Below are positions 58,651-64,000 of a DNA stretch of 64,000 nt, piece by piece. Under the pieces are notes generated by a model, which made no database searches, had not been told where the DNA came from, and worked only from the letters and a program-made list of their open reading frames with translations. Source of the DNA: Syntrophorhabdaceae bacterium (GTDB taxonomy: Bacteria; Desulfobacterota; Syntrophorhabdia; Syntrophorhabdales; Syntrophorhabdaceae). A program made the translations under genes and the position numbers. How positions within the stretch are numbered: the stretch's first letter is position 1; each line of letters begins with the position of its first letter. The stretch lies in contig OY762209.1 of NCBI GenBank assembly GCA_963665295.1, positions 3,072,001-3,136,000 of the forward strand, written 5' to 3'.

Positions 58651-60036
58651 TTAGTCATCACTCGTACTTCGCGGTTTGCCGCGAAGGTTCAGCATACGCC
58701 ATCCGATCCGCGGTGTCCTGTCTCTTGCGGCGGGGTGGCTTATCACGCGATTTGCAACGAAGGCGAGAACGACCGTGCTTATGGATGCCCGGATTATCCA
58801 TGCCAGGGCGGCGCCTTTGATTCCATATATGGGGAGGAGGAACTTAAGATACGCAAGGTAAAGGGGCAGCTCGCAGAGGTGGATTTTGGCGGTTATGTCA
58901 GGGCGCCCGGCGGCCTGAATAACCGAATACGGTATGTATCCGAAGCTGTTTATCAAGACACCGATGGACAATAACTGGGCAACCGCCACGCTCTTGTGCG
59001 CGAAGTCGGGGCTTATCCAGAGAGCCAGCACTTGTTCGGAAAAAAGGATAATCAGCGCTACGAGGGGGACCATGATAAAGGACAAATAGATAGCCGTCCG
59101 GTAATACAAATGCCTCACGTGAAGCGCGTCCTGGGCAAAAGCTTTCGAAAAAGCAGGAAACATCACTGCCAGTATTGCGATGGGGATTATGAGCAACTTG
59201 CTGATGACTTCATATGGTGTCGTATAATAAGCTACCGCGCCAATTGAGATCATACCGGCGATAAAGAAGCGGTCTGCATAGGTGAGGGCCGGTCCGACGA
59301 CGTTGCTGACCGTCAGCCAGCCGCCGTAGCTCAGCAGCGGCTTGACCATGGTCCTTGTCCCGCGTACATCCTTTTTGAGGGCGGGAATAACGCGGAGGCA
59401 GTAGATCAGGTGAAACAAAGCCGCAACGACACGGCCCGCCACAAGAACGGCCACGATCGCGACGAGGCTCTTGGAAAAGGGGAGCACTGCCAGGGGTCCG
59501 AGAAACGTAAAGAAGCCCAGGGGGATGCGAATACCGACGATAATATCGAACCGGAGGTGCGCTTCAAGAATGCCGCGCAGGCCTGCCGTAATTATGACAA
59601 CGGGGATGGACAAAGCGAGGAGGTAGAACGCCCTCCGGCTGTCATCCCTCAGAAAATCAGGTATGTTCAAGACCGAGTTTACCAGCCAGGGCGTGAGCAG
59701 TATTACCGCTATAACGCCGAACATCCCCAGCCCGCCCATGAGCGCCAGGGCTGTCCATGTCAGGCGGGGTATGTCTCCGAATTGTCCCTTGCCCATCTTT
59801 TCCGCGATCAATTTCGTCAGTGCCCGGCCGAGTCCCATGTCGAAGAGGTTGAAATAACCGACAAACACCCACGCTATTGTCAATATTCCAAATCGATCGG
59901 TACCCAGGCCCTTGATCAATATGGGAATAGCGAAGACAGCCACTACCATGGGCGCGCATTCGCCGACGAGATTCATGATCGCGTTACGCGCGAGTGCCTT
60001 CTTGATGGTCTTTATTCCTGAGGTTGTGTCGCTCAT
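58651..60036 (-). CDS. Wzx-type polysaccharide flippase (MOP family)
   Basis: About 12 TM helices; LG...FG, FD.GLG, DRF.I, FPAFS, G..GAA.AW. Confidence 0.88.
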   Translation of the reverse strand: MSDTTSGIKTIKKALARNAIMNLVGECAPMVVAVFAIPILIKGLGTDRFGILTIAWVFVGYFNLFDMGLGRALTKLIAEKMGKGQFGDIPRLTWTALALMGGLGMFGVIAVILLTPWLVNSVLNIPDFLRDDSRRAFYLLALSIPVVIITAGLRGILEAHLRFDIIVGIRIPLGFFTFLGPLAVLPFSKSLVAIVAVLVAGRVVAALFHLIYCLRVIPALKKDVRGTRTMVKPLLSYGGWLTVSNVVGPALTYADRFFIAGMISIGAVAYYTTPYEVISKLLIIPIAILAVMFPAFSKAFAQDALHVRHLYYRTAIYLSFIMVPLVALIILFSEQVLALWISPDFAHKSVAVAQLLSIGVLINSFGYIPYSVIQAAGRPDITAKIHLCELPLYLAYLKFLLPIYGIKGAALAWIIRASISTVVLAFVANRVISHPAARDRTPRIGWRMLNLRGKPRSTSDD

Positions 60037-60049
60037 CACGGGGGTATGG

Positions 60050-61039
60050 TTACCGTTCCTCCGGACACGATTCTTTGAGAGTCCCCCACAGAAGCCGTGC
60101 CGACAGGCCATCGAGCCTGGCGGCCGCCCGGAGGACCATGAGCAGGACAAAACAGGCAAGGGATCCTCTGAGTATAAAGCCGTGGAAACCGGGTACGTTT
60201 TTCTTGATATAGGATTTGTAACTTTCTACGAAATAAAGGGATGACCTGTTGTTCTTGCGGGCGCTTCGGCCTCCGTAATGGACCGCCTCGGCGCGATGAA
60301 GGTAATATGCGGGGTAACCTGCCTTTGCAATCCGCAATCCGAGATCTGCGTCCTCGAGGTAGAGGAAGTATCTGTCGTCAAACATGCCTATTTCCCGGAA
60401 AAGACCGAGAGGGGTAAGGATGACGGCGCCGATCAGATAGCCCCGATAAGGATTCACATCCACGTCTCTGTCTCCCTGCCAGAGATCGAGAAGCCATCTC
60501 AAGGGCCTTTTGAAACGCTTTGAAGGCAGAAAGACCCTGAAGGCATACTGGAGGACGTTGGCCGCATGGGGGAGGGATCGCACACAGGGCACGGAAGACC
60601 CTGTTTCATCTACGGTACGGGGGCTTACCACGCACCGGTCCTCCTTTTCCCCCACAAACCGTACGAGGGTTTCCAGGGTCCCACGAGGAAGCCTCGTGTC
60701 AGGATTGAGGATCAGGAGGTATCGCCCGACAGCGGAAGAAGCTCCTTCATTTACCGCATGGGCGAACCCCATGTTCCGGGAATTCTCGATCACTTCCACC
60801 TCCGGGAACCTGGACCGGACTATCTCCACGGTTCCGTCGCAGGATGCGTTATCTACCACTACGATCTTCAGGGACAGGGCTGCGGCGGCCTCCAACACGG
60901 AGTCTATACATCCGATGATATGGTCTCCGGACTTGTATGTGACGATCACAACCGTGACGCCTCCTTTTTCTCCCGCTCCAATCCCCGGGCCCGACCTGCC
61001 GTCCTCGACTACGGTGTCTTCAAAGATTGCGGAACTCAC
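60050..61039 (-). CDS. GT2-family glycosyltransferase
   Basis: VVIVTY.S, VVDNAS.DGT, N.GF..A.N.G, LNPD, FD.RYFLY.ED.DL. Confidence 0.92.
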   Translation of the reverse strand: MSSAIFEDTVVEDGRSGPGIGAGEKGGVTVVIVTYKSGDHIIGCIDSVLEAAAALSLKIVVVDNASCDGTVEIVRSRFPEVEVIENSRNMGFAHAVNEGASSAVGRYLLILNPDTRLPRGTLETLVRFVGEKEDRCVVSPRTVDETGSSVPCVRSLPHAANVLQYAFRVFLPSKRFKRPLRWLLDLWQGDRDVDVNPYRGYLIGAVILTPLGLFREIGMFDDRYFLYLEDADLGLRIAKAGYPAYYLHRAEAVHYGGRSARKNNRSSLYFVESYKSYIKKNVPGFHGFILRGSLACFVLLMVLRAAARLDGLSARLLWGTLKESCPEER

Positions 61040-61402
61040 TGATTTTTATTCTCCAGTCCCATTTTTGGGGTCCTAAACATGTCACTCTTTTAGCACATTT
61101 CGCATCGTCGATCAATCTCTTCGTCTCCCGGCTCCATGCATGTCCGGTTACGGCAATCCTTATTTTTCAGGATGTTGAGCGCCGTCCCTTCCTCCATGGC
61201 CCATGCTTCGGAACGACCTGGCGTTGAAAGCAGAGAAATAGGCCACCGGTGGGGAGAAAGTCGGACCCTGTCGCGGAAGGGAGCGACTTGCCGGTCTATC
61301 CAGGGTCTTACCCCCTCCTTCGGCTGTTCCATAAACTTGACAAAGTTTCCCTAAACGACATAAACTCTCAGCGCATTTCCATTCTGTTCTTGAAGGAACC
61401 AT

Positions 61403-61876
61403 ATGAACGTATATATTGTTTCGTCCCCGGGGGGGCATCTGAATGAGACACTCAGCATGGTGGAGGCTTTCGAGGGTTGCGACGTTTACCTGATAACCCT
61501 TGATTTTCCCAACATGAAGGGTATCGCCTTCGATTGTGTGAAAAAGGTATTCCCCTTGAAGCTTTTTTTTGACTACTCGATAAAAGTGGGCCTTCCCCTT
61601 ACGTTGCTGGCGGGCACGTTCTCCATGTTCAGGATTTTTCTCGCCCACAGGCCCCATATGATCTTCTCCACCGGTTCGGAGATAGCCCTTCCCGCATTTG
61701 TCCTGGGCAAGTTCCTTTTTGGCGCAAAGGTGGCATACGTGGAGTGCTTTACGAGGATCAGGACCCTTTCTCTTACCGCAAAGATCGTGTACCGGTTTGC
61801 CGACCTCTTTCTGGTCCAGTGGGAAGAACTGGCTGCCATGCATGAGAAGGCCCGGTACGAGGGCAGGCTCATATGA
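61403..61876 (+). CDS. Alg14/PssD-like glycosyltransferase subunit
   Basis: SSPGGHL, STGS.IA.P, YVE.F.R, FLVQW. Confidence 0.88.
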   Translation: MNVYIVSSPGGHLNETLSMVEAFEGCDVYLITLDFPNMKGIAFDCVKKVFPLKLFFDYSIKVGLPLTLLAGTFSMFRIFLAHRPHMIFSTGSEIALPAFVLGKFLFGAKVAYVECFTRIRTLSLTAKIVYRFADLFLVQWEELAAMHEKARYEGRLI

Positions 61877-62385
61877 TTTTTGTTACCGTGGGCAATTCTA
61901 TCAAAGGAGTCGAGTTCTATCGCCTTATCCGTAAGATAGATGAAATAGCGGGAGAATTGAAGGAAGAGGTGGTGGCCCAGATAGGCTTTATCGATGAGAC
62001 CCCGAAGAACATGAAATGGTTTAAATACCTCAACTTCATGGAGATACTTAAGTACTTCAGCGATGCGTCGCTCATAATAGGGCACAGTGGGGTAGGCACT
62101 GTGATAAACGCCATAGCGTACAAGAAGCCACTCATCCTCGTCCCCAGATCGAGCACCCATGGCGAGCACATAGATGATCACCAGATGGAGCTTGCCCGCC
62201 AACTGAGGGGCATGGAAGGCATATTCGTGGTAGACGACATTGAGGAGTTGAAGGCCACGATCCTCAAGGTGACGCACCTGATAGAGACAAAATCGGTGGA
62301 ACCCCGTTTTTCTCCGGAAAGGGACCGTCTCCTTTCATTCATCAGAGGCTTCGTGGCGGATCATAAAAGGAGCCTCAAGGGGTAA
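61873..62385 (+). CDS. Alg13/PssE-like glycosyltransferase subunit (GT28 C-terminal)
   Basis: MIFVTVG, F.RL, QIG, H.G.GT, VPR....GEH.DDHQ.E. Confidence 0.9.
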   Translation: MIFVTVGNSIKGVEFYRLIRKIDEIAGELKEEVVAQIGFIDETPKNMKWFKYLNFMEILKYFSDASLIIGHSGVGTVINAIAYKKPLILVPRSSTHGEHIDDHQMELARQLRGMEGIFVVDDIEELKATILKVTHLIETKSVEPRFSPERDRLLSFIRGFVADHKRSLKG

Positions 62386-62460
62386 ACCTGAAAACCGGTT
62401 CTTACGTCCGTCCCATCTCGCCCATTGGCGTGAAGGGGATGGGAAGAGCGAAAGAGGGAC

Positions 62461-63054
62461 ATGAAGATAATCAATGCGCAATACCTGAAGGGTGTCACAG
62501 GTCCGGAAGGCCTTGAGGGCGAGCCCGGCCCCGAAGTATGTTTTGTGGGGCGGTCCAATGTAGGTAAGTCATCCATGATTAATGCCCTTGTTTCGCAAAA
62601 GGTGGCGAAGACCAGTTCCACGCCGGGTGCGACGAGGCTGATCAACCTTTACAAGGTGCAGTATGAGCTTGGGGGAAGCAGGAGATCCATGATTTTTTCC
62701 GATTTTCCCGGGTTCGGCTACGCGAAGGTATCCAAGCAGATGTATAAAGGCTGGGAAGGGATGATCGAGACGTACGTGTCGGAAAACACCCGCATCGATA
62801 AACTCATATGGGTTTATGATGTGAGGAGAGATATCGACAACCTCGACAAGACGCTTATCGACTGGATCTTTTCGCTACGGCTGGACTTTGCCGTGGTCCT
62901 TACGAAGGCCGACAAGGAAACGCGGAGCAATGTGTCTCAGAAGAGAAGGCTTTTTTCGGGGTATTTCGGCGACAGCCGGGTGTTGACGTTTTCTGCAAAG
63001 GACGGACATGGGAGAAGAGAACTCCTCTCCCACATCTTCAGTCCCGACGAATAA
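62461..63054 (+). CDS. engB: Ribosome biogenesis GTPase EngB/YihA/YsxC
   Basis: G1 GRSNVGKSS, G2 TPG.T, G3 DFPGFGYA, G4 TKADK. Confidence 0.93.
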   Translation: MKIINAQYLKGVTGPEGLEGEPGPEVCFVGRSNVGKSSMINALVSQKVAKTSSTPGATRLINLYKVQYELGGSRRSMIFSDFPGFGYAKVSKQMYKGWEGMIETYVSENTRIDKLIWVYDVRRDIDNLDKTLIDWIFSLRLDFAVVLTKADKETRSNVSQKRRLFSGYFGDSRVLTFSAKDGHGRRELLSHIFSPDE

Positions 63055-63058
63055 AATC

Positions 63059-63616
63059 TTATTTCTTGTCTTGCCTGAGGTCACTGAGGTTGAATATTGA
63101 TCTGAAGGCGTACCCCTTCGCCTCGACGGCCGCCTTGCCGCCTTCCAGCCGGTCAAGGAGGGCCACGATGCCCTTCACGTTGTATCCTTCTTTTTCCGTA
63201 ACTTCGATTGCTTTCAGCGAAGAACCGCCCGTGGTAACCACGTCCTCCAGGATGACCACGTTCATCCCCTTCTGAAGATTTTTGCCGCCTTCAACCCAAA
63301 GATTTTTTCCATGGCCCTTAGGCTCCTTTCTGATGAGGAAACCGAGAAGCCCGTCGTTGACTGCCTGGGCGGACAACACCACCGAGCACACAAGGGGGTC
63401 TCCTCCGATGCTCACGCCACCTACCGCGTCGATGCCCGGTATCTCTCTCACCATGCGGTACATGATCTTTCCCACAAGGTACATACCTTCGGGGTTGAGG
63501 GTGGTTTCTTTCGCGTCAATGTAATATGTACTTCGCTTGCCGCTGGTCAGGACAAAGTCGCCCTCTTCGTAGGACAACCCTTTCAATAATTCAAGTAACC
63601 GTTTTTCCTCGCTCAT
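63059..63616 (-). CDS. pyrE: Orotate phosphoribosyltransferase
   Basis: GDFVLTSG..S.YYID, RKEPK.HG, EDVVTTGGS. Confidence 0.95.
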   Translation of the reverse strand: MSEEKRLLELLKGLSYEEGDFVLTSGKRSTYYIDAKETTLNPEGMYLVGKIMYRMVREIPGIDAVGGVSIGGDPLVCSVVLSAQAVNDGLLGFLIRKEPKGHGKNLWVEGGKNLQKGMNVVILEDVVTTGGSSLKAIEVTEKEGYNVKGIVALLDRLEGGKAAVEAKGYAFRSIFNLSDLRQDKK

Positions 63617-63618
63617 AA

Positions 63619-64000
63619 TCACCTCTTCACGAATAGTTCCATCTGTTCAAGCTCCATGCCCCACGGAAATCTCGACGGATACGCACCGGTGAAGCATGCG
63701 TCGCAGTATGTGTAATCCCCGTTGTCCAAAGCCCTTTTCATACCGTCCACAGTCAAATACTTGAGGGTGTCCGATTCCATGTACTCATTTATCTGTTCAG
63801 CGGTGTGGGAAGAGGCGATAAGCTCGCCCCTCGAAGGCGTGTCTATCCCGTAGAAGCAGGGGTACTCCGTAGGGGGAGAACTTACCCTGAAGTGCACTTC
63901 CTTGGCCCCGTACTGCCGCAGCATCTTGATGATTTTCCGTCCCGTGGTCGCCCTCACGATAGAATCGTCGATCACCACGATTCTTTTCCCCCGGACCAGA
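63619..64000 (-). CDS. purF: Amidophosphoribosyltransferase, C-terminal part (truncated by window end)
   Basis: DDSIVR.TT, GAKEVH.R..SPP...PCFYGID, C.ACF.G.YP. Confidence 0.95.
   Translation of the reverse strand, partial: LVRGKRIVVIDDSIVRATTGRKIIKMLRQYGAKEVHFRVSSPPTEYPCFYGIDTPSRGELIASSHTAEQINEYMESDTLKYLTVDGMKRALDNGDYTYCDACFTGAYPSRFPWGMELEQMELFVKR

Noticed and set aside
61040..61402. Short ORFs in the GT2/pssD divergent gap
   Set aside because: Overlapping, motif-less ORFs on both strands; treated as an intergenic promoter region.

Overview
64-kb chromosomal segment (GC-rich by eye) from an anaerobic Gram-negative bacterium. The gene content (FprA/rubredoxin/rubrerythrin, CobA-HemD fusion, lipid A operon layout) suggests Desulfobacterota/deltaproteobacteria, possibly a Syntrophorhabdus-like syntroph; this is inference only. 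In order, the window holds: a TPR protein, a 5xPAS diguanylate cyclase, an RlmL-like methyltransferase, endonuclease V, a radical SAM protein, a four-gene histidine kinase/receiver cluster, an intact IS1380-family element (15-bp TIRs, TGAT target duplication), corA, an O2/peroxide-defence and iron cluster (fprA-rubredoxin-rubrerythrin-Isf-feoAB), and a Fur-box-preceded outer-membrane protein plus fur. Next is a 13-kb anaerobic nicotinate catabolic cluster: XRE/cupin regulator, CoA-acylating ALDH, TRAP transporter, Mo-hydroxylase, enamidase, 6-hydroxynicotinate reductase, ApbE-like UPF0280 and AA_synth protein. The remainder is the bamA-skp-lpxD-fabZ-lpxA-(gnnA-like)-lpxB-msbA-DUF374-waaA-mazG operon, csp, cobA/hemD, a small glycan locus, engB, pyrE and the 3' end of purF. 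The main highlight is the nicotinate cluster, which appears wired to yield glutaryl-CoA rather than follow the Eubacterium barkeri fermentation branch. Other highlights are an A9-tract frameshift splitting the DUF374/LpxJ-like acyltransferase, two small genes missed by the ORF track, and several visible operator palindromes. All family assignments come from motif recognition and recalled sequences, not from database searches.
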